A stretch of 62,657 bases of DNA, filler included, from Sluysia triapertura (Eukaryota), in NCBI GenBank assembly GCA_046118255.1. It is 5 parts of 5 records of this genome, joined end to end, with 100 filler letters (N's around TTAATTAATTAA, not from the genome) between each part and the next. Parts side by side here need not be neighbours in the genome. Positions count along the whole stretch, not along the records: positions 1 to 15,016 come from JBJNIA010241546.1; 4 more parts are not named here. One strand, 5' to 3'. The notes beneath the pieces were generated by a model. The model searched no databases and had not been told where the DNA came from. It saw nothing but the letters and a program-made list of their open reading frames with translations. Shown here piece after piece: positions 1 through 10,783 of this stretch; position 1 is the stretch's first letter, and every line of letters begins with the position of its first letter. Both the position numbers and the translations under genes were made by a program.

Positions 1-830
1 TACATCATTGTCTTAGTTTTGATTTGATTTTCAAGAAGTTAAATTTGGCATAATAGTTATTAATATTATAAAAGAAGATTACGGTAAAATTATACTTGAT
101 ATACTGACTATTGAAATTATTAAGCTTTAAGCTGATCAAGATAATAATATTGAGTTGTAATAACTAACAGATTTTAAAGACGCAACATTTACACAAAATT
201 ATGGAGGAAATTAATCAAAAATTGGAACAATTTTTTTATTTGGCCATTTTCGCAATTCCGTGAAAACAAGTAATTTGTTTTGAATTTAAGTTTTATATTC
301 TTACCATATAAGGAAGAATAAAACATGCACGTAAATTAATCAAATTATGTACAAGACCTTAATAAGGCTTGTTTAATTTAATTTTTTAAATTTCATATAG
401 TTACTAAGAAAATTCCTTTTCTTAAGTAAATTCGTACATTCAATATTTTTATTATATTATTATTATTAAAGTTTGTATATTTTAACGATTATTTACATGA
501 TAAATCTCCGTATAAGCCCTTCGTTTTTCTATAAATTTACACTAAATTATTAAGGCTAGATTAACGTACGCTAGACCATAACCGGCTAGCTCAATTGATT
601 TAGAAACTAGACCATAATCTGGCTAGTTTAATTTATATAAGTTTTTAAACTAGTGAAATTAATTTTTATTAAGCTTAGTGTAACGCTTCGACTATCGAAT
701 TCACCTAGTCTTCTTTCTAAGTACTTTAAAAACCTAATATACCGCCTTCGTCCAGATATAAGTCGTCCCTGTTAGGAGAACTTTTCTCCAGATAAAAATA
801 TTTTTGCAAAAGTTTTAATATAAAAACACA
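1..830 (+). mobile_element. LTR, family B, copy 1 (5' limit uncertain, may be cut by the window edge)
   Basis: Shares the TCCRTGA..AGTAA block, AGACC-NTAA-GGCT hairpins and the GCCTTCG..TAAG..TTAGGWGAACT..CTCCAGA block with the TSD-bounded solo LTR at 19790-20792; ends ATAAAAACACA. Bases 1-190 also match 57490-57679 in inverted orientation. Confidence 0.65.
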
Positions 831-959
831 GAAGTAGTTTATAAGGCATTCACGAGGCTCTAGATATTTTCACCTTCACCTTTTTCTACTTCTTCATGTT
901 AATTAGTACTATACTAGATTTATTCTTAATACCAATAACAATGATTTTATTTCTCAACA

Positions 960-1480
960 ATTTCAAAGATTTTAAACATTTTATAAGATTACTAAAGGAT
1001 CTTAAATACATAAGGTCTCATATGATCTAAAGATTCTGAAGTTCTAAATGATCTAAATACCTTAATGCTTCTAAAGGTTCTTCAAATCCATCTCAAGCTT
1101 CCACAAGGTCTCGAACTGTTATATAGGTCTTTGGAACTCCAAGGTATTCTTTAACTGTTAACATTATTATAGATGTTTTACTTTCATGATTCTTACTCCA
1201 ACAATGTTTACCATGTTCAATCCGTCACTTTGTATCAGTTTTTTCTTTCATCTAATAATTATATATATTTCTCACTCCACTTCTGATCTATAGTTGGCAA
1301 TCCCAACAATATCCATTTTGTAAACTTAGTTCAAACTTAAATAAATCATCTAGATTCTCATTAATTTTTTAGCATTTGCTATGCCATTAGCTAAATCCAA
1401 TGAAAATTCTTCAACTGTTGACCTACTTCTTTAATTTTTATTTCTGGGATGCATTTTTCATTTTGGTACTAATATTCAAT
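960..1480 (-). pseudogene. Retroelement gag remnant with degenerate CCHC zinc knuckle
   Basis: Minus strand reads ..TVEEFSLDL.. then KHCWSKNHESKT (Cx2Cx4Hx4C spacing, outer Cys lost). About 300 bp is repeated at 57700-58025, which reads YKHC*NKNHERET. Confidence 0.45.
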
Positions 1481-2768
1481 TCTTTTTCTAGTTCTATCTC
1501 TTCATTAGCACTAAAATACATTTCTTATTGCGTACACTTCTTATGCTCGTAATTCTACCTTATCTGTTTCTTTATTGTTAATAACCACTTCAATGTCTAT
1601 TTCTATTTCATAGTATTCACTTGACTTATTTCTTCATTTAATTCTTCAACAACATTACTACTTATTTTAGTTTCTTTATTGCTTATTTCTTCGTTGTTAC
1701 CATTTGATTCAGCTTCTTTGCCATTTATTTCTTCATGGGTATTGCTAAATTCAATATTTGATTCCATTTCTTTATTATTACTTATTTTTTCTGATTCTGA
1801 ATCTTTTTTATCGGTTCTGTTTTCTCCACCTTAACTTCCATTTATATAAATGAATTCTTTTCATTTGGCTTCATTTGTTATTACTTCTTTTATTTCTCTG
1901 ATTTTATTTAAACAAAAATTTTTCTAATAAGTGCAAAAAACAAATTCTTTTTAAAAAGAAAATAAGTAATATTAAACACGCATAAATGCATAAAACTTCT
2001 TAGAAAATAAGTAAATTCATGTTACTGTAAATTGTACAAGATCTTTTAGAAGAAAATTGTTAAATTTAATGTTTAATTTGATTTTTTATATGTAGACATC
2101 ATAAAAAAGTTTTATTAATTTGAATGAAGTTAATCGTTTTGTATCGATTACTAATTATCCCACTTTGATTACAGTTTTAAAGTAGAAATTAATCTTTAGC
2201 GATTTTATTTTGATAATTTAAGCAAGAAAATATAAAATATAATTCATAAGAAAAAAATAAAAACCTAACTTCAACATAGGGTCTCGAAAGTCTTTAAGGT
2301 CGCTATCGGGCTAATAATTAAGTCGACAATCATAATTATGTTGCTTACAAAATTTGAAATCTAATAGTGGAATTAGGTAAAAAAAATAGATTAGATTCAA
2401 TTTTAAAATTCACTTTATTATAATTAAGGTCTGCTGGTGTTATTTAATTTTTTGGAGATTGATAATGCTTGGTTATATGTGAATCAATATGTTACTTAAT
2501 GCTGTTCACTAGATATGATACGATATGTGTTATGATATGTATGTATATGCGGTGTCGGTGATATAATATAATATAATATAATTGTAGGGAAGCATGAATG
2601 CACGACTACATTATTCATCAACTTAATCCACAAGTCGATCAAGTCATCAACACATTCAGCTGGCATCACATTTAAAACTCAATATGATTATTCCACAGAA
2701 CAAATCTTGTTATCTTTACTTTCAATTATATAGGTTATCAGACCACTTAATAATGTATAAAATCTGAC

Positions 2769-3071
2769 TTAATATGTTTGTAAATAATAAAACGTTACGG
2801 TAATTTTATTAATATACAATTTGAATACATCTACAATCGCTTTTATCATACAGAGTAATGTTTTGTTAAAAGGTAGAACCTTACGTGGATAAGATCTTCT
2901 TCCGTGCCAGTAGACTCCGCCACAATGTTTTCTGTACGTCCCACAACAATCCGACCGTAATACCACACGACGAACTACTATTACTACGTCTTTTCCAACA
3001 TCACATAACTCTTTACTCTCACATCTTTTAAAATTATATGTTATAACCACGAAGTTACAATTTATAAACAA
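2769..3071 (-). CDS. Orphan ORF, probably the C-terminal continuation of 3157-3807 separated by a local duplication
   Basis: FKRCESKELCDVGKDVVIVV duplicates FKRYESKESCDVGKDVVIVV of the upstream ORF (about 70-bp direct repeat, 2964-3032 and 3244-3312). Confidence 0.4.
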   Translation of the reverse strand: MFINCNFVVITYNFKRCESKELCDVGKDVVIVVRRVVLRSDCCGTYRKHCGGVYWHGRRSYPRKVLPFNKTLLCMIKAIVDVFKLYINKITVTFYYLQTY

Positions 3072-3156
3072 TATCAGATAATAAGAAACTTTCTCAACCT
3101 AAGCAAAGAAATAGTCTTAGTAAATTTAAATGAATTCATAATGAAATTTTTAAAAG

Positions 3157-3807
3157 CTAATCTACCCACAATAAAATGGTGTCAGGAGTGGGATCTAATA
3201 ATAAAAAGTAAGACAAACAATGATCAAGTGTCGGCAATAATGCAACACGATAAACTACTATTACTACGTCTTTTCCAACATCACATGACTCTTTACTCTC
3301 ATATCTTTTAAAATGATTCGGTTTATCCAGTTTTAAAGTTAAGTTAGCAGCAGTAAACAAACATATGGTAGTGATATTGTTACAGGTTTCCATGTTCTGT
3401 GTACCTACTTTATACAAGCATTGATCTGACGGTTCAAAAGCGGTTTGATAACATACTCGATCGACTCCTTTCTTTTTTTGAAGTGGCATTTCAAATGGAT
3501 AAATTTTTCTTAACTGAGAGCCAGGAAAAGTACAAAATATAAATTCTGGATATTCCAGAGCATCATTCAATTTTGGTGATTGCTTCCAATAGCTTGCATC
3601 TATTCTTTGGATGACATCGTTGTCTGTAGAGCATGATAAGTCTACTTTAATCGTATCATCTTCATGTTCTTTTTGACATTCTAAACAATGCTTATCCACT
3701 TGATTTATTTGCGACAACTTGGAACAGAAATAGCATATAACATAATTAGCATCATCTGCCGCATATTTACCAACTCTATCTTCTAACCACATTATCTTTA
3801 TTGACAT
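3157..3807 (-). CDS. 216-aa orphan protein with N-terminal C2HC (UBZ4/Rad18-like spacing) zinc finger
   Basis: Long open frame in AT-rich DNA; CYFCSKLSQINQVDKHCLEC fits C-x2-C-x11-H-x3-C. Confidence 0.5.
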   Translation of the reverse strand: MSIKIMWLEDRVGKYAADDANYVICYFCSKLSQINQVDKHCLECQKEHEDDTIKVDLSCSTDNDVIQRIDASYWKQSPKLNDALEYPEFIFCTFPGSQLRKIYPFEMPLQKKKGVDRVCYQTAFEPSDQCLYKVGTQNMETCNNITTICLFTAANLTLKLDKPNHFKRYESKESCDVGKDVVIVVYRVALLPTLDHCLSYFLLLDPTPDTILLWVD

Positions 3808-5679
3808 CGTTCTTTATGCCTTTGCAACTTTTAAAATTAATTCTTTGACTTGATTCGAAATTAAATTTTGTGCCAATAATTTCGTCATTAAAACAAAAAT
3901 AATAGTAAATTAACAATAATAATAAAGTAATAAAATTAATAATAATAACAATAATAAAATGATAATAAAAATAATAAAGTAATAATAAAATAATAAAAAA
4001 ATAAAAATAATAAAATAATAATAAAAATTATAATAATGAGTAAACTATAAATATGTAAATTAAAAGTTATATATAAATTTTCTTAAATTGATATTTTTTC
4101 TAAAATGCTTTACCATCGTTCTATTCCTTTCTTTTGAGCTCCCAATAAAGTCTTATTTTCTATTTTTATATTATTCGATGTGTCCCTGCCTTGAAGCTTC
4201 TTTTGTAAATCTTTTTAATTTTTTATAGAATTAATTTTTTGAGATTCATGAATGTGATTTTTAATAATTCAGATTCATCACTACTATTAGGTTGTTGCAC
4301 GCTTCTCCATTTATCGTGGTTTTTTAAATGATGTAATTGTTGAACTCGATCAGAACTGGAAGAACGTTTTTTTATTTTTCTGATCGCTCTATAAATTCAT
4401 CATCAATTGTTGTATCTGTCATATTTCTAGAATAATTAGAACACATTAAATCTATTTGAAAATGAATGAAGTTTCAATTAAGTCAGTAAATTTCGCAAAA
4501 TAGATATTGTGAATAATTATTATCTTTTAAAATTTGATGCGTACAATGTTTTCCGAATGTTCTAATTTGCCATTGTAATTTTTTCGATTCTGTCCGACGA
4601 GTTATTACTTCTCATTCTTTGTCATTATTTTATTATGTCAAAATATTATACTGCAAACTCCATACCTTTAACTATTGTCCGCATAACAGTATTAAATCCT
4701 ACTCACTAAACGAGATATGAACAGCAATGAAAAACATTTTGAAAAAATTAATCCTTTTATCACTCTAAGAATTTAACACAGTGAATGTAGCAACTCCGAA
4801 TAAATTTTGTTAAGTTCTGAAGTGATTGAAAAGTCGCTGCATACTTTTTATGAGGTAGTTTTTTATTAGCAAGAATGTTTATAAATGTTGAGTAAAAACA
4901 ACAAAGAAGTACAAAAATGATTTATGAAGAACACCGGTTGACATGATAAGAATTAAATGACATGCTTTTTTGATTCTTTAAGAAATTTTAAATAAGTAAA
5001 ATTTAAAAAGAATATGTTCTTTTGGATATTAAAAATGTCTTAAAGTATGTAAGGTTGAAATATTATCAAATAATTAAGACGAAATTAAATTAACAAATGT
5101 CTAGTTTAAAATGATCATTAAAACTAAATGATTTTTTAATAGTGATGTTAAAATTTCCAAAGTTTTAGAATTTACAATAATAAAAAGGTAGTGCTTTAGT
5201 GATGATGAGATGGCAACAAGCGTTATGTATAAGAAAATGTTAATAAAAAAAGATTTTATTACGTGTCTGTGATTTGTCGGAGATAAAAGTGTGATACTGC
5301 AAATTTGTGAATGTGATTTATTTTAATATGATTTTTGTTTGTGATGAGGTTTATGTGATTGATGGTTATAGTGAATGAGATTTATGTAGTATAATGAGGC
5401 GTGACACCACACCGATCTACTAAGGGGAAATTTTTAAATTAAAATTTAAAATATGAAAACCATAAAATATTAATTTTGTTTATTTGATTGCACTATTATT
5501 ATTATTTGGTAATAAACAATTGAATTTTTCTTATATTGTTGTGAATTTATTTTTTGACAAGAGATTCAACAAAGAATTAATTGGCAAGTCGTAATAATAT
5601 AAGATTTTGATTTTGAATTTAATTTATATATTTAAATTATTCAAAGCATATTGAGAATTGGATTGATTAAAATTATTAG

Positions 5680-5852
5680 GTAAATTGTTAAGTATAAGAC
5701 CCTCCAAAAATTATAGAAAGTCTAATTATTAAAGCTGTGATTAACGACTCTTAGTTATTTTATATTTACTTAGTTACTGTTACAGGAGATCCATTTTACT
5801 CTAACCGAACTCTGCTCAATTTTATTTTATCGTAAGGAATAAGAAAACCACA
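5680..5852 (+). mobile_element. LTR 3' end, family D
   Basis: Homologous to 29400-29510 (GACCCTC..TTACT.TAACCGRACTCTGCT..AAGAAAACCACA); both end in CA. Confidence 0.5.
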
Positions 5853-6346
5853 TAAATAATAAAAATTCATAAACAATAGGTCAACAACTATAATTTTAAT
5901 AATAACGTTAAATTTTGATTGTAAAATTGTCTATGATTATTAATAGTATGATAGTGGACATATTTGAATTTGTGTTGTGATGTAGTATAACGATTCTTTT
6001 TGTTGTAGGATATATGCGTTATTTGCTGATTTGATACATGTGTTAAATTCATTGAACTTTGTTTAAGATTTTATTTATAATAAATGTGTTGTGTTGTGTT
6101 GATGTTTGTCTATGATCACAGGATTAATATTAATATTTATGAATTTAACAGCCTTATATTGATGAAACGTATTATTATTCCACAAAAATATTTGTTTTGT
6201 AAATAAATTATACAGTGCTGCTTAGAAATTTGCCAATATGTTTCTGTAGCTAACGTTTTAGCATCTATTGTGAATATTGTTCTCATATTTTAATATTAAA
6301 TGTTCAATGTCTAATCACGTTATTAACGATAACGATTACAGATACT

Positions 6347-7180
6347 TTGAAAAAGGATCCGTCAATAGTTATTTTAATAATTTCAGTCACGTTATTCATT
6401 ATCGCAATGTTAATAACTTTGCTAATGATTATGATGTTCATTACGAATAAATGCAATTATACTAATTCTAACTCCAATGATGGTAACACTGATCATTATT
6501 CAATTCCGAGAAATAACAGATTCTATGCTCCTCCTCCAGGACTACCGTTACCACCAATACCATCATCAATATATGAACACGATACAGATATAAGATTACC
6601 AACACATTATAGTGGATTTCTAATATCATCGGTACTACTGTGTATTTGTTTAATAACGACCATAGATTCTCTTGATATAACCAGAAATAAGTTAAATAAG
6701 AAAATATTTTACAATATTATACAAATAACTATTCAAGCTAAAACCGACGTTATAATAGTCGTAGCTAAACAAAGAGAGGAGAAACTAGTTAGTCTATCTA
6801 TAAACTGTTGTTTCAATAAGTTTTGTACTACTTCTTCAACACCAATTAAAGCTTGGTGTTGGGTAGTAGCCTGTGAAGATTTATTCGAATCTCACTTACA
6901 TCAAGTTAAAATAACAATGGAATTAATAAGTAAAGTAATACATACACAATATTATTTGATTGAAACACTACCTTATGTATTTTATGGTGAATTCAGTAAA
7001 CAATGGTTAAACTGTTCAGTAACGGCGCTAGTTAACGAAATTGATTTAATCAAATTAGTTAATCCTTTAGTAAATAACTCAATTATAATAAGATATGGAA
7101 CTGATAAAGAAACTATTGCCGTACTAATTCCACCGAAACATACCACTATATTAAAGTACTATCCTGATTCAATTTTTTAG
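6347..7180 (+). CDS. Accessory ORF X: membrane protein with hydrophobic helices, Pro-rich linker and Cys-rich domain
   Basis: 277-codon open frame; hydrophobic N-terminus, PPPGLPLPPIP, second hydrophobic stretch, CCxxxxC...WxxxCxDL; decayed homolog at 45030-45815 (-). Confidence 0.65.
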   Translation: MKKDPSIVILIISVTLFIIAMLITLLMIMMFITNKCNYTNSNSNDGNTDHYSIPRNNRFYAPPPGLPLPPIPSSIYEHDTDIRLPTHYSGFLISSVLLCICLITTIDSLDITRNKLNKKIFYNIIQITIQAKTDVIIVVAKQREEKLVSLSINCCFNKFCTTSSTPIKAWCWVVACEDLFESHLHQVKITMELISKVIHTQYYLIETLPYVFYGEFSKQWLNCSVTALVNEIDLIKLVNPLVNNSIIIRYGTDKETIAVLIPPKHTTILKYYPDSIF

Positions 7181-7757
7181 CCATATACGCATGGATTCTC
7201 AAAGCTATCGAATCAGTAAAAGCAAACGACTAGTCAATCACAAAACCATATAATTTCATTATACCCATCGTTAAGGAAAATACAACTACTGAAATAGATA
7301 AGAATATATTAAGTCAATACAAGTTAAGGAAACAATAATTAAGAACATAATTAAAATACCAAATAAAATTAATAAAACCAGCTTAATTAATCCTAAAATC
7401 TTCAAACACCATTATGACATTAAAGAATTTAAAATCAACATTCAGCTTTGCATTATCATATTCATACTTTATGCTTCGCTTGCAGTCAATCTTGCGACTG
7501 AAGCCTTAAAAATGTATATAAGGATACTTCGTAGATTGACACATACAATACATATATAGTAAAGTTACGAGTGATCGCTGTCGACGGTTATTTCCTGTCC
7601 AACCGGTCACCTAACTTTGTAAACATTACTGTGTATTGCTTTTCGTAGTTTATAGTACTGTACATATTTAGGTTCATAATCATTTTTACTAATTAATTAA
7701 TTAACTAACTCTAAAATATTATTACTATATTATATTTCATTTTTCTTTTTTTAGAAT

Positions 7758-7890
7758 ATGCATTTTCATCGTTGTCCAATTTGTCAGCACTCTATCCACA
7801 AATCCTTGCTCGCATAAATTCCACTTTAAATGTATTCTTAATCTTTTTCATTTCACTACTACAGATTACATGAACTGACCATTATGCAGA
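7758..7890 (+). pseudogene. RING-H2 finger (E3 ubiquitin ligase-like) remnant
   Basis: MHFHRCPIC, then a frameshift near 7800, then PCSHKFHFKCIL...N*PLCR with TGA at 7876 in place of Cys; preceded by a polypyrimidine-AG acceptor-like site ending at 7754. Confidence 0.7.
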
Positions 7891-7894
7891 ACAC

Positions 7895-8146
7895 TTGCAG
7901 AGGAAATTCATACTTATTATAAAGGCAAAAATACCACATCATCTACATAATCAACATATTGAGGTGCAAGAGGTGGTAATTCATCGTCCAAATCAATTCA
8001 AGAAAAATAATAAACAACATTTAATAACAATACCTCCCTCAAACTATCCTTCTGGTTTGACAAAGTCCCAGAAGCATAACAGGCGCTGTCGTCAAATACG
8101 ACGTCTTTATAAGAGAGCAGGTTATATAAGAAAAACAATTCATTAA
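7895..8146 (+). CDS. Basic/Arg-rich accessory ORF fragment
   Basis: GLTKSQKHNRRCRQIRRLYKR; directly follows the RING remnant and may belong to the same decayed gene. Confidence 0.35.
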   Translation: MQRKFILIIKAKIPHHLHNQHIEVQEVVIHRPNQFKKNNKQHLITIPPSNYPSGLTKSQKHNRRCRQIRRLYKRAGYIRKTIH

Positions 8147-8309
8147 TCCTTTCATCAAGAAGAATCATAATTACAGATATTTTTTTTAAATATATAGGAT
8201 AAAGTAATTAATTAATGTATCATAAATAAAAAATAAACTAACGTTTAAATTATTTTATGTATCAATTTTTTACTTCTTTAAAGTGTACTATTTTGTTTAA
8301 ACTGATCCA

Positions 8310-9009
8310 ATGACTCATCCTCAAGCAAAAATCATAACTAATATCTCATCTTTTTACAATGCAATCGACCGATACTGTGGTCAAAATGACACACTCACTA
8401 CGTTTTTTAATTCTAAAAATACCCCTAATTCTTTGAAATGCGAATTAAATGAAGACTTTATCACACATCTTTTTAAAATAGATAAGTTAGAGGCTCCAAC
8501 GGTATTGAATAATTTACAAGGCTACCCATTAGCCGCCAGGGGTAACCTTAAAATCACACTATTTGTTGATTTTAATCCATTGCAGATTAGAGTTAATAGT
8601 TTTAACTCTTTAACTCAGCGTTTCAGAAAAATGTCGGATTTATGTGGATTCCAACGAACTGCCATCAACTTTCGCCATCCTATTTGCAAAAGAAGAGAAA
8701 TTAAACACCACAAACTATCCTTTGTTATGCGAAACTGACATGGAAAGCCGATATACGTGGGAGGAACGTGTAACTTTTGCACGCACGCCCCACATTTCAA
8801 TAGCAGAGAAAACCGACTTGGTGTTTTTCGCAGTCCAATTGGCACTCGATTTTAAGGACAAACACCAAATCATAAAGGCTTGCATGATGCATTACCACCA
8901 AAAATTCCATTGCACGGAACTTATAAAACCTCGTGTCAGAATTAAAAACTTCCTCCCAATCGATCATCAATTAAGAGGAAAATCTCAAGGAAGCAAAAGA
9001 CATAAGTGA
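8310..9009 (+). pseudogene. Accessory ORF Y (two overlapping frames, probably one frameshifted gene), unknown function
   Basis: ORFs 8310-8738 and 8644-9009 overlap; weak colinear similarity to 44190-44936 (-): [60 protein letters not shown]. Confidence 0.5.
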
Positions 9010-9408
9010 AATAAGAAAATTTTGGGCAGCATCATTTTACAATAAAATTATTGTTTCTTTTTGCCCAAGTTTAATTATCAACACTCTCAAGATTCTATAC
9101 GGTTGGGTGAAAGGTATTGTTAACTTAACCTGCACCAACTTAGTATCATTTAATTCCTTAAATCCGATTAGCAAAACAATAAAAGTTTAACTACTATATT
9201 CGCCACCTCCACGCTCTTTTACATGTGAACAATTGACACGAGATTCTATCTCAATCTTTGACCTACTATCTGCAAAAGAAGTGTCATTTTTACCACCACT
9301 AATACAAAATAAAAATTTGGAAATACTACCTTTTTCTTCTTTGTCTTCTTGTTCTTTTTCTCCCTCTTTTTCAAATACTATCTCTAACATGAACTACACC
9401 AATATTAC

Positions 9409-9678
9409 ATGACCACCTTAAAAAACAAAGACATTAAAAAATCTAAAACCAATTAGGACGACATCAGAACATAAACGAAACAACAGCCCAAACTTCCAAC
9501 AACCGATACAAGTAAAATCAATAGGAAGAGACGCTGTTCCGTCGACTTGGACGATTCTGAAGAAGAATCCCTACAAGCAGATTTTAACCATATTTTCGAC
9601 AACCTCGGCAATTTATTATCAGACAATGAATTCTTCATATACGAGGATGTACAGGACATAATCGATCTAACATTTTGA
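9409..9678 (+). pseudogene. Accessory ORF Z: NLS, acidic region and C-terminal SUMO-interacting motif
   Basis: Single frame from ATG 9409 with two internal stops: ..NRKRRCSVDLDDSEEE..YEDVQDIIDLTF*. Confidence 0.45.
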
Positions 9679-9679
9679 G

Positions 9680-9711
9680 TGGGGACCAATCTTTTGGTGC
9701 CCGGGAGTATT
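9680..9711 (+). promoter_or_regulatory. Candidate polypurine-tract region before a 3' LTR
   Basis: GGGGACC...CGGGAGTA immediately before the TGTGA LTR start. Confidence 0.4.
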
Positions 9712-9714
9712 TGT

Positions 9715-10783
9715 TGTGATTAATCATCAATTTTTTAAATATTATATTGATATTGATTATTTTTAATAGGAAGTTGTGACTAATCATCAATTTTTTATTG
9801 ATTATTTTTAATTTGAATATTGTATTGACAATTTATAAATCATTTGGTTATCATTATTTTGAATTTTAAATTTTATAATTTTCATTATTTTGGATTCTAT
9901 CAAATTTTATATTTTTATTATTGTGGATTTTAGATTTTATTAAATTAATGGATAAAATTTTAATAGTATTTTAATATTTTAATTTTTAATATTTTAATAG
10001 TATTTTAATATTCTAATTTTTTCATTCTAATTTTTGATTTTAATTTTAATTTTAATGTTTTAATTTGCAATATTTTTCAAGGTTAACTCTTAAACTATAT
10101 AAGCAGTCACAATTTTGATTATTTTCACAGACAAAAAAGTTTTTTCAAACAATAAAATTTTACCAAATCTTTAAATTGAAATTCTAACAGTGGTGGAATA
10201 ACTGTGGTGATATTCGACAATTACTTTGTAGAAGATAACAAAATTTTGGCTGTTATAACAGACAATTTTATTTTAACGTTAGATTATTCTTTATAAGGTC
10301 GATATTATACAATATCAGTGAAAAATACACGAAAAATTTATTCATTTAATATTACGATCTTATCATAGATCGATGTAACATTATTTTTAAAATTATCATT
10401 ATATAAAAATAAATTACAAACGTAATTTTTGTAAAATCTTTATGTTTTATTATTTTATATTATTTGATACAATAAAACTTTGTAGAGAGAATACGACTTG
10501 TCTTCTGATATAATCAAAAGGAAAAATAATTTTTTTAACTAAATAATAAAGAATCCTTACAGGATTCCTGCAATATTGTTTTAAGTAAATTAGATAAGTT
10601 AAAAGCAACACTAAATTACTTCCAGAATTTTAGTTAGGGAGTTAAGTAAAGCTTTTATAGCTTTAGTTAAGCATCTTTCCTTTACGTTAAAATCCAACGG
10701 CTGGCCCTCGCTCGTAAGTCCAGTACGTTGGTGAACTCACAAATCTTTATTTTCCTCGCATTACTTTTAATTTTATTCTCACA
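9715..10783 (+). mobile_element. LTR, family A, copy 1
   Basis: Starts TGTGA (start duplicated at 9775), ends TTCTCACA; conserved CCAACGG..GTAAGTCCAGTACGTTGGTGAACTC motif at 10691-10740. Confidence 0.7.

Larger units (their letters stand above)
2270..5411 (-). mobile_element. Family C TG-start element carrying orphan ORFs (left end uncertain)
   Basis: Reverse complement from 5411 begins TGTGGTGTCACGCCTCAT and aligns over about 230 bp with the start of the insertion at 16900 (CGTGGTGGTACAGCCTCAT). Confidence 0.5.
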
